From: Prolixibacteraceae bacterium
Lineage (GTDB): Bacteria; Bacteroidota; Bacteroidia; Bacteroidales; Prolixibacteraceae
Direction of reading: 5' to 3'
Assembly: GCA_019163175.1 (NCBI GenBank)
Contig: JAFLKN010000021.1
Span: 161-64,160 of the forward strand
DNA length: 64,000 nucleotides
Numbering within the stretch: position 1 is the stretch's first letter; the number at the start of each line of letters is the position of its first letter. The notes beneath the pieces are model-generated. The model did no database searches. It was given only the letters and a program-made list of their open reading frames with translations, and was not told where the DNA came from. This document shows positions 9,801 to 19,853 of the stretch, piece after piece. The position numbers were made by a program, and so were the translations under genes.

Positions 9801-11555
9801 TTACCTTTCATAAATCATCTTTTTTGAATAGGTAGTGTTTCCAGACAAAAGTTTGACTATATAAATTCCATTCGAGATATTTGTAGCATCAAAATTAACT
9901 GTGTATTTACCCCTTGGTTTTTCTTCGTTAACTAAGGTTGCAATTTCGTTACCGAGAATATCGTAAATCTTTAACAGAACCGGCTGTTTGTTGCTGATGG
10001 CATATTGAATGGTAGTTTTATGACTAAAAGGATTTGGATAATTCTGAATGATCTGAGAGTTAACGTCGGATTGAATTTTATCTAATCCAGTTGTAATGGT
10101 TCCTAATATGCCGTTCTTACTGACTTGTTGGATGTAAACATTATATTTGGTTTGATTATTACGCAAATCATCCCAGGCTAAAACAGTATTGCCGGCCGCG
10201 TCGGTGGCTAATACCGGATCTGTTTGGTGATTAGTAGCGGTGCACACAGCAACTCCATGGGTGGTCCATTGTAATACGCCATTGGCATTGATCCTTTGTG
10301 CGTAAATGTCCTTATATGGTCCGGTAGTTTCATTCATGTTGACAAATCCAATAACAGCACCACCAGAACCATCTTTTTCGATGCTATAGGCCAATTGCGA
10401 AATATAGCCTGCATAGCCACCCGGATTAACTGGCTCTGGACATATATTTACACATTTTGAATATGTATCTATATTCGTTGTCCATTGCGGTATGCCAGAA
10501 GAATTTATGCGTTGTAAATATACATGGTAGTACCCTTTCTGGTCTCCACCATGAAACGCGAGAATAGCTCCGCCTGCATTGTCGTCAATTAAAAGTGGTA
10601 TTTGTCTCGATTGTGCATTAAACCCTATTGGTATTCCATCTGCTGTCCATTGCGCTTCTCCATTGCTATTAATGTGCTGAGCATATACAGCACGTCCACT
10701 TCTGTCGACATCCTGCCAAATGATATATGCACCTCCTTTACCGTCTACTGCTATGCACGGAGATTCTGAATAAAATTTACAGATAATAATACCATTTGTA
10801 TTCCAGAGTTTTTCGCCCATCCCATTAATTCTTTGAGCGGCAATATTATGGGTGCCAGAGAGCCCTCCCTGAATGTCCTGCCACACAAAAAGAGCACCCC
10901 CAGAGCCATCACTAACCATTCTCGAATAGTTTTGAATTCCAATACTTGGACTAATTTTTAAGCCGTTCGCAGTCCAAAGAATATTGCCTCCTTGATTAAT
11001 GTGCTGGGCATAAATTTTATCTATTCCATCACGGCTATCTGTCCATGAAATTAATGCGCCTCCTGATCCATCTCCGATTATTTGGATGTCAGTTTGACCA
11101 TTGGTAGCTTTACATACAGGAATTCCTCCTGACTGCCACATAATCAGGCCATTGCTATTAATATGTTGAGCATATACATCAGTAGTTAAAACGCCTGGGA
11201 TTGAGGAGTCTCTTCCCTGCCAGACTATAAATGCACCACCGGTTCCATCGCTGATGCTACGAACACTGTGCGCCACCATATTGGGAAACATGAATGCATC
11301 TGTTGATAAAGAGATACCCCCTGATTTCCATTGTGGAAGACCTGTGGCATTGTATCGCTGAACAATGGTTGATCCATCGTTATGGCTATCACTCCATGAA
11401 ATAATTGTTCCCCCACTTCCATCGGATACAATGGAAGGTCCATCCTGTGCAAAGGATATGTCTCCAATGGGGGTATTTGCTTTTGGGTCGGTTGACCATT
11501 GTGCATATGCTGCAACAGATAAAAATAATGAAAGAAGTAGTGCGAAATGTTTCAT
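9801..11555 (-). CDS. T9SS-secreted repeat protein (predicted 8-blade beta-propeller)
   Basis: Signal peptide; eight repeats of approximately DGxGGAxIxWxD...IYAQxINxxGxxxW; C-terminal QNYPNPF...YSKKMIYE type A sorting domain. Confidence 0.85.
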   Translation of the reverse strand: MKHFALLLSLFLSVAAYAQWSTDPKANTPIGDISFAQDGPSIVSDGSGGTIISWSDSHNDGSTIVQRYNATGLPQWKSGGISLSTDAFMFPNMVAHSVRSISDGTGGAFIVWQGRDSSIPGVLTTDVYAQHINSNGLIMWQSGGIPVCKATNGQTDIQIIGDGSGGALISWTDSRDGIDKIYAQHINQGGNILWTANGLKISPSIGIQNYSRMVSDGSGGALFVWQDIQGGLSGTHNIAAQRINGMGEKLWNTNGIIICKFYSESPCIAVDGKGGAYIIWQDVDRSGRAVYAQHINSNGEAQWTADGIPIGFNAQSRQIPLLIDDNAGGAILAFHGGDQKGYYHVYLQRINSSGIPQWTTNIDTYSKCVNICPEPVNPGGYAGYISQLAYSIEKDGSGGAVIGFVNMNETTGPYKDIYAQRINANGVLQWTTHGVAVCTATNHQTDPVLATDAAGNTVLAWDDLRNNQTKYNVYIQQVSKNGILGTITTGLDKIQSDVNSQIIQNYPNPFSHKTTIQYAISNKQPVLLKIYDILGNEIATLVNEEKPRGKYTVNFDATNISNGIYIVKLLSGNTTYSKKMIYER

Positions 11556-11865
11556 AGTATTTACCTTTTTTAGTTATTAATCAAAAGATTAACAGTTATT
11601 ACACTCTTCTTGTTCAGCTTTTTCTGTTATCAGTAATAATTTTATTACTTAAAATTATATGAATTTCTGAATGTTATCCTGTTCCCATTTTTTATTTGGA
11701 CGAAATATATCCTTACAGGAAAATCAGATGTCGGAATTTACTAAACGGAACTATCGGTTATATGTGTTCTTTCATTAATCAACGGCATTTATGACGTTGA
11801 TTACATTGATGTTTGTCGTTGGCTTTTGTCCTAATTTATTATCAATTTAGGATAAAGCCCTTGTT

Positions 11866-12537
11866 TTATAACCATTTATGCTTTTGTGCCAGCATGATCA
11901 CTTGTGCGCGGGAGTTAACATGCAGTTTCTCGTAAATATTGGCGATGTGTTTCCTGACAGTAAGCGTGCTAATATTTAGTTCTGCAGCAATGCGTTTGGC
12001 ATCCCAGCCGCTTACCATGTTTTGCAGAATTTCCTTTTCTCGTTGAGTGACATTTCCTGGCATTTCATTCTCAGCTACTGCTTCATTTTCAGGACTGGTG
12101 GTTCTGCTTAACAGCTGCAAAGCTTTTCGGGCAATGGCCGGACTCATCGGTGCTCCGCCGGTTTCCAGAATATCAATGACTGATTCCTCGAGCACAGAAG
12201 CAGGTTCGTGTTTTAACAAATAGCCGGAAGCGCCTGCTTTAATAGCGTCAAAGATTTTTGAGTCATCATCGAAAATGGTCAATACAATGAAATGTATTTG
12301 CGGGTAAAGCGATTTGGCAATCCGGATAGTTTCTATGCCATCCATTTCAGGCATTTTTAAATCCATAAAAATAACCTGCGGCATTTCGGTATGGAACAGT
12401 CCTTTAAGTTTTTCGAGGCATTCATTTCCGTTATTTGCGCTAAAAATAAGTCGAAGTTTGCTTGATAAACTCAATTTCTGCATGAATGTATTTCGGTTTA
12501 CGGCATTGTCTTCGGCAATTGCTATCCTGAATTCCAT
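11866..12537 (-). CDS. NarL/LuxR-family response regulator
   Basis: REC domain (AED, FMDLKMP, GYLLK) plus LuxR HTH (TQREKEILQ...IAAELNISTLTVRKHIANIYEKLHV). Confidence 0.95.
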   Translation of the reverse strand: MEFRIAIAEDNAVNRNTFMQKLSLSSKLRLIFSANNGNECLEKLKGLFHTEMPQVIFMDLKMPEMDGIETIRIAKSLYPQIHFIVLTIFDDDSKIFDAIKAGASGYLLKHEPASVLEESVIDILETGGAPMSPAIARKALQLLSRTTSPENEAVAENEMPGNVTQREKEILQNMVSGWDAKRIAAELNISTLTVRKHIANIYEKLHVNSRAQVIMLAQKHKWL

Positions 12538-12543
12538 GATTTT

Positions 12544-14523
12544 TCAATTTAAAATTTGTTTATTGTCCGCGCTTATTGTTACGATTGTTCCGCTTGGATT
12601 ATTGTCGCTCCAGATGATATTCCATCCAACCATTTCAGCCCGTGCCCGCATATTGCGAAGTCCATTGCCATCCGACTTTTTAACTTCGTTTTCTCCGGAA
12701 GTTCCTTTGCCAAAATCTCGGATTTCAACCTTCCAGCCCTGATTCTCTTCAAAGACGATTTCCAGACGGTTGGTTCTGCTGTGTTTTACCGCGTTGGTTA
12801 CAGCTTCCTGAATGATTCGAAAAAGATGAAAAGCATGGGTCGATTTCAATTCAATATCCTGATTTATATTTTCAAGAACAATCATGTCAATGTTACTATA
12901 GCTTTTCTTAAGTTGGTTAAGAAACAGTTTTATCCGGTCGCTGATGGCAGTTAATGTTAGGTTGTCGCGATTCAGAGCCCAGATGGTATCGCCTAATTGA
13001 GAAACGATTGACTGCGAATTCTTGTTTAATTCCTGTAAAGCTGTTTTGTATTGGTCGTCAAAATCTCCGATGTTAAATAAATCGAGATTGGAAGCAATCG
13101 ATGCAGCAAAAGCGCCAAGGTTGTCATGCAAGTCAGCCGCAATCCGTTTGCGTTCATTTTCTTCTGCATCAGCAACAGCAAGTATCGATAATTCCTTTTC
13201 TTTCCCGATCGCAGCGGCTACTTTGTTTTTTTGTTTCTTCCGGTAATTTCTGAAAAAGAACCAGGCCGCGGCGGCAACAACCAACCCAAGCCACAATGCA
13301 AGTAACATTTGGTTATTTTTTTGCGCAATAGTTACCTTTTGGTGCATGATGGTGTTTTCCTTTTGCTCAACATCGTATTTGGTCTGCACTTCGGCAATGG
13401 CTTTTTCTGATCGTGCCGTATAGAACGAATCTTTGGCCTGAATAATCTGTTCCAGCATATTCTGATAGGCATTCTGATCACCTTTTATTTTGTAACAGCG
13501 GGCCAAAGCTTCATAATAAAGTAATTTCTGCCCGATATCATTCACAAAAACTCGTGTCGAGTCGGTTCTTTGATACAGATCTCCAGTTATCAATTGCTTA
13601 TTACAGAAGTCTATCGCTTTGTCAACTTCATTCGCTTCAATGTAAAGATTTATCAGCGACATATTATCGTCCGTCCACATCTCACCGTCATTAAGCAATT
13701 TCCTGACAGCAATCATTTCTATCAGAGCAGTAGCAGCTTTGTCTGTGTTTTTTGCTTTTAGAAAAATATCTGATTGCCGTTGCAGGGAATGTGCCAGACT
13801 CATCAGGTTATTTCCTTTTTTTAAAAGTGCCACTCCTTTTTCACTGTAAATGATAGCGGAGTCCAGTATATTAAGGATTTTAAACGCTTCCGACATATTC
13901 ACATAAACTGCAGCTCTTATCTGGTCAAATTGCTTGTTTTTACCTGCATAATGCAGTGATTTTCTGCACCATTCCAGACTTTCCCGTGGTTTTTCCCTAA
14001 ACAGTTCAATGGAACTAATGGAGTTCATATTGGAACTGATCGCAAGTGTGTCTTGAAATTTCTCTCCATCTTTTACCAGTTGGTAAAACAATTCCAATGC
14101 TTCGGGATATTTTGATTTGCTCCCAAAATACAGAGCCTTCTGCCTTCCTGCTTTAAAATAGATATCTCTGGTTTGTGGGTTTTCAACAGGTGATTCTTTT
14201 AATACAGGCGTTATTACTGCCATGGCGCTATCCATCCAACCCCATCGGTAATAATTATTTGCTGTCACAATCGCCGACAGTTTCATGTTACGTTCTTCGC
14301 CTGACTTATAGGCAAGTTGCTTTGCCTGAATGGTATACAAATCAAAGGTATCCCGGTTCAGGCTTTGAAATTCGTCGCACAATAATAGAATGGCTTTCAG
14401 CTTTTCCTGATCGGTTTTTGCATCATAAACCAATTGCTTCAGGCTATCGATATGACCGGTTTGGGAGCTAACTACCCATGAAAAACCTATGATAAAAATC
14501 AAAGCAACGGCTAAACGAACCAT
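12544..14523 (-). CDS. TPR-containing membrane sensor histidine kinase (HisKA_3 type)
   Basis: Signal/TM, TPR-like helices, TM, ERKRIAADLHDNLG H-box, RIIQEAVTNAVKHS, DFGKG, GNGLRNM. Confidence 0.92.
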   Translation of the reverse strand: MVRLAVALIFIIGFSWVVSSQTGHIDSLKQLVYDAKTDQEKLKAILLLCDEFQSLNRDTFDLYTIQAKQLAYKSGEERNMKLSAIVTANNYYRWGWMDSAMAVITPVLKESPVENPQTRDIYFKAGRQKALYFGSKSKYPEALELFYQLVKDGEKFQDTLAISSNMNSISSIELFREKPRESLEWCRKSLHYAGKNKQFDQIRAAVYVNMSEAFKILNILDSAIIYSEKGVALLKKGNNLMSLAHSLQRQSDIFLKAKNTDKAATALIEMIAVRKLLNDGEMWTDDNMSLINLYIEANEVDKAIDFCNKQLITGDLYQRTDSTRVFVNDIGQKLLYYEALARCYKIKGDQNAYQNMLEQIIQAKDSFYTARSEKAIAEVQTKYDVEQKENTIMHQKVTIAQKNNQMLLALWLGLVVAAAAWFFFRNYRKKQKNKVAAAIGKEKELSILAVADAEENERKRIAADLHDNLGAFAASIASNLDLFNIGDFDDQYKTALQELNKNSQSIVSQLGDTIWALNRDNLTLTAISDRIKLFLNQLKKSYSNIDMIVLENINQDIELKSTHAFHLFRIIQEAVTNAVKHSRTNRLEIVFEENQGWKVEIRDFGKGTSGENEVKKSDGNGLRNMRARAEMVGWNIIWSDNNPSGTIVTISADNKQILN

Positions 14524-14622
14524 AGATCAATAGTTTGTTTTACAAGATATGGAAATTAATAATACTCCTTATAATTGATTCACTATGAAATTGACAACTG
14601 TCTGATTAATGTTTGTCAAAAT

Positions 14623-15870
14623 TTATGGAAGAAGTGTCATTTTCTTGGTTGATGTATAGTTGCCAACCTGTAATCGGTAAAAATAAGTTCCGAATTCCAA
14701 CCTATCGACCTGAAAAACCTGTTCGTGATCACCTTGCTCCTGATGTTCGTTCACAAGTTGTGCTACTTGTTGCCCCAATGTGTTGTAAACCGTCAGTGTT
14801 ACAAAGGAAGAGTGGGGGAGTTTATAGCGAATGGTTGTGTAACGATTGAATGGATTTGGATAATTCTGATCCAATGTGAAAAATGGTCCGTTTACTGAGT
14901 TTGCAGATGATGTAGTCTTTTGGTTCGTGTATTTATACAGAGCCCCGCCACCTCCGGTTATCCATCCGTGATCAGCATCAGGAAAAGATACACTGTATAA
15001 AAATGTATCGCCAACGTCAGTATGTGTTTTCCAAGTAATTCCTCCGTCTCCGGAGCGAGAAATAGCCCCAAAAGAACCCACGGCCCATCCGTCACTACTG
15101 GTAAAAAATACACTGGAGTTTGCATCGTGAGTTTCAGCAGGAACCCAGGTTACACCTCCATCACCAGTCCGGAGAACTGCACCGGAAATTGCGGCCCAAC
15201 CTTGGCCGGCATCTGCGAAGAAAATATCACTGATTCCGTAAATGTCCCGGCCAAAAGCAGTTGGAGTGACAACTACGGCCCAGCTTGCACCTCCGTCGTT
15301 TGTTCTCAGTACCGATGCGAAATCGCCACCAGCCCAACCATCTTTGAGAGTCGCAAAAAAGACAGTTTTTAAATTTATCGCAGTTACAGTTGGCGCTTTG
15401 ACCCATGAAGCACCACCATCTTTTGTGCGATAAATCGTGCCATTATCGCCAACGGTCCATCCGTTATTGGCATCCTTAAAAAAAACGTCGTGCAATAAAT
15501 TATAGGGATAAGTTGGAGATGGCCCGGGAGTCTGATTCTTCCATGTTTTTCCACCATCGGTGGTATGCCTGATCATGATGCTGCCATCGGCTACCCAGGC
15601 GTTGTTCATATCCACGGCAGCAAAGCCCGATATGTCGCTGTAATAACCGGTGGAGCAGGTCACAAAAGACAATCCACCATCGGTCGTTTTTAAAATATTA
15701 TTTGTTGTCTTGCCACCAGTTCCTCCCGCCAGCCAGCCATGGGTTGCATCAATAAAACAGGTACACCAGAAATCCACGGTCGTGCCCGTGTTTATCTTTT
15801 CCCAGGTTTGTGAATGTGTAACTAAAGTTCCCAGCAAAAAGACTAATGCTATTAGTAGATACTTTTTCAT
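14623..15870 (-). CDS. T9SS-secreted YCF48/BNR-repeat beta-propeller protein
   Basis: Repeated F.D..HGWxxG...IxxTTDGGxTW Asp-box units; C-terminal DQNYPNPF...KKMTLL sorting domain. Confidence 0.85.
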   Translation of the reverse strand: MKKYLLIALVFLLGTLVTHSQTWEKINTGTTVDFWCTCFIDATHGWLAGGTGGKTTNNILKTTDGGLSFVTCSTGYYSDISGFAAVDMNNAWVADGSIMIRHTTDGGKTWKNQTPGPSPTYPYNLLHDVFFKDANNGWTVGDNGTIYRTKDGGASWVKAPTVTAINLKTVFFATLKDGWAGGDFASVLRTNDGGASWAVVVTPTAFGRDIYGISDIFFADAGQGWAAISGAVLRTGDGGVTWVPAETHDANSSVFFTSSDGWAVGSFGAISRSGDGGITWKTHTDVGDTFLYSVSFPDADHGWITGGGGALYKYTNQKTTSSANSVNGPFFTLDQNYPNPFNRYTTIRYKLPHSSFVTLTVYNTLGQQVAQLVNEHQEQGDHEQVFQVDRLEFGTYFYRLQVGNYTSTKKMTLLP

Positions 15871-15909
15871 ATTACTCAGGTTTTGAATTGTAAATTTTGG
15901 CCTTCAAGT

Positions 15910-17343
15910 TTAAAACTTCATGAATTTTTGTATGCTTATTCTTTTCCCCATTTTTGCCCGAATAAAATACACTCCGGAAGGAAAGTCGGAAGTTGGAATG
16001 TGAACTTCAGGTGTTGGATTCAAACTTCCGGAATGATAAATTTCTTTACCTAAAATGTTAGTAATGCTTAGTTCATTGATATTCTCCAGACTCCTGATAT
16101 TAATTTCAGAACCGACTGGATTTGGGAAAACCGTAAACTGCGAACCCGAAGATACCAAGTCTTTTATTCCAACCGGATTACCTGTCGGATTACGTTTGTA
16201 ATATATCTCGTTGTTACCACCACGGGTTTCCATCCAAATTACATGCACACCCGAATTTGATGCTGCGACAAAAGGATAAAATGAAACAGCCGCATCATTT
16301 GTTAGCCGGGTTACTGTTTCCCAACTTTTCCCCCCATCTGTGGACTTGTCGTAGTATATTTCAAAATTCCCCTCATGGTTGTCAGTCCAAACTACATGCA
16401 CACCTGAACCAGATAATGAGATGGAAGGATTATAGGTAGTAACATTGAAATTCGTTAATTGTGCATCCTGATTCCAGGTTATGCCCCCGTCTGTTGAATG
16501 TTTGTGGAAAATTTCATAGCCTGTTCCTGTATTGTTACGACTGTCTCTGAATGCTACATGCACATTCTGACCGGAAACAGACAGGGACGGAGAATCGGAA
16601 TAAGCGAAGTCGTTATTTGTAAGCGGAACATCCGCTCCCCAGGTGATACCTCCATTCGTGGAGCGTTTGTAATATACACCTGGATGCGCTCCACGTCCAT
16701 CTGTCCATACCAAATGTGCGACCTGACCTGATATGGATACAGCAGGATTCCATGTACCGTCCAGTTGAGTTTCAGTTCCCCAGTTTTTTCCTCCGTCTGT
16801 GGAGCGTTTGTAATTTACGCCTGTGTAAACTCCACTAGCATCGCGCTGATTCCATACAACCAGTACCACCAACCCGGAAGCCGATACACATGGATTTTGG
16901 GCAATAGCTGAGTAATTTGTAAGCCTTCTATCTGTTCCCCAGCTTTTGCCATCATCAGATGAGCTGTTGTAGTAAATCTCATAGTCCTGGTCAGTAATTC
17001 CATCGCGATTGTCTTCCCAAACCACATGTACAACTGAACCAGATACTGATATGGAAGGATTCGAGGAGAAAAAGACATTATTCGAAATTTGGGTATCCGG
17101 TCCCCAGGTTAAGCCACCATCAACTGAACGTTTGTAGAATATTTCATAATTTCCTCCAACCCGGTTGTCGCGCCATACCACATGCACTGTGTCACCACTC
17201 GAGGCGATGCACCGTGCGTTGGAATAGGCTGTTGTACCAGAAAGAGCAGGGTCGTTGGTCAACCGCATATCAGGCTGCCATTGTGCCTGAGAAATAAGCG
17301 ATCCCAATAAAAAGATCATTGACAATAGTAGCTGTTTTGTCAT
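15910..17343 (-). CDS. T9SS-secreted BNR/Asp-box propeller protein, paralog A
   Basis: Seven repeats of PSISVSGxxVHVVWxDxR...EIYYKRSTDGGxTW; FPNP...QKFMKF sorting domain. Confidence 0.85.
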   Translation of the reverse strand: MTKQLLLSMIFLLGSLISQAQWQPDMRLTNDPALSGTTAYSNARCIASSGDTVHVVWRDNRVGGNYEIFYKRSVDGGLTWGPDTQISNNVFFSSNPSISVSGSVVHVVWEDNRDGITDQDYEIYYNSSSDDGKSWGTDRRLTNYSAIAQNPCVSASGLVVLVVWNQRDASGVYTGVNYKRSTDGGKNWGTETQLDGTWNPAVSISGQVAHLVWTDGRGAHPGVYYKRSTNGGITWGADVPLTNNDFAYSDSPSLSVSGQNVHVAFRDSRNNTGTGYEIFHKHSTDGGITWNQDAQLTNFNVTTYNPSISLSGSGVHVVWTDNHEGNFEIYYDKSTDGGKSWETVTRLTNDAAVSFYPFVAASNSGVHVIWMETRGGNNEIYYKRNPTGNPVGIKDLVSSGSQFTVFPNPVGSEINIRSLENINELSITNILGKEIYHSGSLNPTPEVHIPTSDFPSGVYFIRAKMGKRISIQKFMKF

Positions 17344-17384
17344 AGTTGTAAGTTCTGGATTATTTATTTCGATGTTCCTTTGAT

Positions 17385-18797
17385 TTATAACTTAATGAAT
17401 TTTTGTATGCTTTTTCTGTTCCCCATTTTTGCCTGAATAAAATATACTCCGGATTGAAAGTCGGAAATCGGAATGCGTAGTTCAGGTGTTGGATTCAAAC
17501 TTCCGGAATAATAAATTTCTTTACCTAAAATGTTGGTAATGCTTAGTTCATTAATATTCTCCAAACTCCGGATATTAATTTCGGTACTTGCCGGATTCGG
17601 GAAAACCTTAAACGGCAAACCCGAAGATGCCAAGTCTTTTAGTCCTACCGGATTGCCTGTCAGGTTGCGTTTGTAGTAAATATCAGACCCATTCCTGGTG
17701 TCAGTCCAAACAACATTCACCGCCAGAACTGAGGCTGAGATATATGGGTGCATTGATATTGATGCGTTAGACGTTAGCCGTGTATCGGCTCCCCAGATCA
17801 GTCCTCCATCTTTTGAACCTTTGTAGTATATTTCGTAGTTTCCATCACGGTTGTCGTCCCATACCACATGGACATCTGAACCAGATGCCGCTACAGATGA
17901 AAATAAGGTAGCAGAAGTGTAATTCGTTGTCAACCTGGTATCAAGATTCCAGGTTACACCACTATCTGTTGAATGTTTGTAGTATATCTCGTATTTAAAA
18001 TTATTGCGTGAGTCGAGCCAGACAACATGGACCGATGATCCTGAAACTGAGAGAGAAGGTGAATTTGTAACAACATTGTCCACCGTAAGCAGTTTACTGG
18101 CTTCCCAGGTTAAACCTCCATCTGCAGAGCGTTTATAGCCAGTTTTACCCAAGGCGTTCCATACCACATGCACCATTGAACCGGAAACGGATACTGAAGG
18201 ACTACCGCCAGGTTCAACTAGTTTTGTATCGGCACCCCAGCTTACACCACAATCTGTTGAGCGTTTGTAATAGGATTTGGTAGAGACTTCGCGATAATCA
18301 TCCCAAACCACAATCACAAGTTGACCGAAAACTGACACAGACGGACTATCTGATTGAGCAGAGTCATTGGTGAGCCGTGTATCAGTCCCCCAGCTTGTAC
18401 CTCCATCTGTTGAACGACTGTAATAGATCTCATAGTTATTGTTAGAGATTCCATCTCGTTTATCAGACCAGACAATAATAACAACTGAACCGGATACGGA
18501 TATGGAAGGCGCCGTTGAAGTAAAAACATTTTTCGAAATCCGCATATCCGGGCCCCAGTTCAAGCCTCCATCAGTAGAGCGTTTATAATATATTTCTCCG
18601 CTTGCCCCATCACGGTTGTCTCTCCATGCTACATGTACAGTATCTCCGCTTAAAGCGATACAGCGTGCATTCGGTAAGCCATCCATTTGAGAATTTCCGG
18701 GACCGTTTGTAAGTTGTGTATCCACTGACCATTGAGCATTTGAAACCAGATTCGCCCAAAAGAAGAATATAATCAAAAAAAGGAATGGCTTTTTCAT
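17385..18797 (-). CDS. T9SS-secreted BNR/Asp-box propeller protein, paralog B
   Basis: Same repeat architecture as 15910-17343, with a near-identical C-terminal domain (EINIRSLENINELSITNILGKEIY.SGSLNPTPE). Confidence 0.85.
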   Translation of the reverse strand: MKKPFLFLIIFFFWANLVSNAQWSVDTQLTNGPGNSQMDGLPNARCIALSGDTVHVAWRDNRDGASGEIYYKRSTDGGLNWGPDMRISKNVFTSTAPSISVSGSVVIIVWSDKRDGISNNNYEIYYSRSTDGGTSWGTDTRLTNDSAQSDSPSVSVFGQLVIVVWDDYREVSTKSYYKRSTDCGVSWGADTKLVEPGGSPSVSVSGSMVHVVWNALGKTGYKRSADGGLTWEASKLLTVDNVVTNSPSLSVSGSSVHVVWLDSRNNFKYEIYYKHSTDSGVTWNLDTRLTTNYTSATLFSSVAASGSDVHVVWDDNRDGNYEIYYKGSKDGGLIWGADTRLTSNASISMHPYISASVLAVNVVWTDTRNGSDIYYKRNLTGNPVGLKDLASSGLPFKVFPNPASTEINIRSLENINELSITNILGKEIYYSGSLNPTPELRIPISDFQSGVYFIQAKMGNRKSIQKFIKL

Positions 18798-18818
18798 GCG
18801 ACATCATTTAGTATTTAC

Positions 18819-18826
18819 CAAAAGTA
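18819..18826 (-). promoter_or_regulatory. Sigma-A -7 element (TACTTTTG) for the T9SS propeller operon
   Basis: TAnnTTTG match on the minus strand, 21 nt upstream of the ATG at 18797. Confidence 0.55.
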
Positions 18827-18960
18827 GGGTATAGGAATATCTACGGAAATACTCAATTTGTAGTATTCCGAAGTACATTTTTCAGAGTTCCAAAAAATGA
18901 TGGTGTTACAAATGTTTAATGTAGAAAGTGTGAATTCTAAACTTGTAATTTAGTCTTGGA

Positions 18961-19848
18961 TTACTTAAGCGGAATATTTTCCGGCCTTGTATGTTTCCAT
19001 CGTTTGTGCGACCACAACCATAATTCAGGTCGTTTTCGGATGATGTCTTCGAGAAATTTGGTATGTGCTTTAGTTACTTCGTACTTTTTGGTAGTGGATG
19101 CATCATCAATAAGTTTGGTAAATTCCACTTCGTAATATCCCCGGCGAACTTTCTGAATATCCATAAAAACAATTGCATGTTTAAACTTTGACGCTACTTT
19201 TTCAGCTCCCGGAAAAACGGCAGTTTCCTGGTTCAGGAACATCATCCAGTAATCGGTATCTTTCAAAGCAGTTTGATCGGTGAGGTAATAAGTCGCTGAT
19301 AGTTGGCCTGCCTTTTCGAGTTCGAGCATGGTGCGGCCTGAAATTCGTGCGGGCATCATAAACATTCCAAATCGCGAACGCAGACTTTTCATGTAATGAT
19401 CAAACGTTTCGTCCTGAATAGGACGGTAGATGGTATTTACCTCATGTTTGATGATTTTGGGCAAGGCGATGGTCCATTCCCAGTTTCCGTAGTGGCCTGA
19501 TAGCAAAGCAACGCTTTTCCCCTGATCGTAAAGGTCGTTTAGTACTTCAGGATTTTTAAAGTGAAATCGCTTTCTAAATGTGTCTTCCGACATTTGAAAT
19601 GCTTTGATGGTTTCAACCACCAGATCAGCAAAATGGAGATAAAATTTGCGTCTTATTTCTTTGATTTCCTGATCTGTTTTCTCCGGAAACGAATTTTTTA
19701 GGTTCTGAATTACCGTTTTCTTTCGGTATCCAACCAGATAAAAACTAATCAGGTAAATGATATCTGCACAGATATAAAGTAGCCAAAACGGAGTATGTCC
19801 GAGCAATTTCAGGATTGAAACACCAATTTGGGCCAGTACTTTTTTCAT
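18961..19848 (-). CDS. Lipid A biosynthesis acyltransferase (LpxL/HtrB family), copy 1
   Basis: GHYGNWEW (HxxxxE), DQ motif, FLNQET, WLWSHKRWK. Confidence 0.88.
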   Translation of the reverse strand: MKKVLAQIGVSILKLLGHTPFWLLYICADIIYLISFYLVGYRKKTVIQNLKNSFPEKTDQEIKEIRRKFYLHFADLVVETIKAFQMSEDTFRKRFHFKNPEVLNDLYDQGKSVALLSGHYGNWEWTIALPKIIKHEVNTIYRPIQDETFDHYMKSLRSRFGMFMMPARISGRTMLELEKAGQLSATYYLTDQTALKDTDYWMMFLNQETAVFPGAEKVASKFKHAIVFMDIQKVRRGYYEVEFTKLIDDASTTKKYEVTKAHTKFLEDIIRKRPELWLWSHKRWKHTRPENIPLK

Positions 19849-19853
19849 GCAGT

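Noticed and set aside
15910-18797. Sialidase (GH33) annotation
   Set aside because: Asp-boxes alone are not diagnostic and catalytic motifs are not visible.
15910-18797. CRISPR-like or VNTR array suggested by recurring DNA motifs
   Set aside because: The recurrences are degenerate codons of protein repeats inside open reading frames.
9629-18960. Mobile element or integrated island call for the T9SS block
   Set aside because: No integrase, transposase, tRNA target or flanking direct repeats were found.
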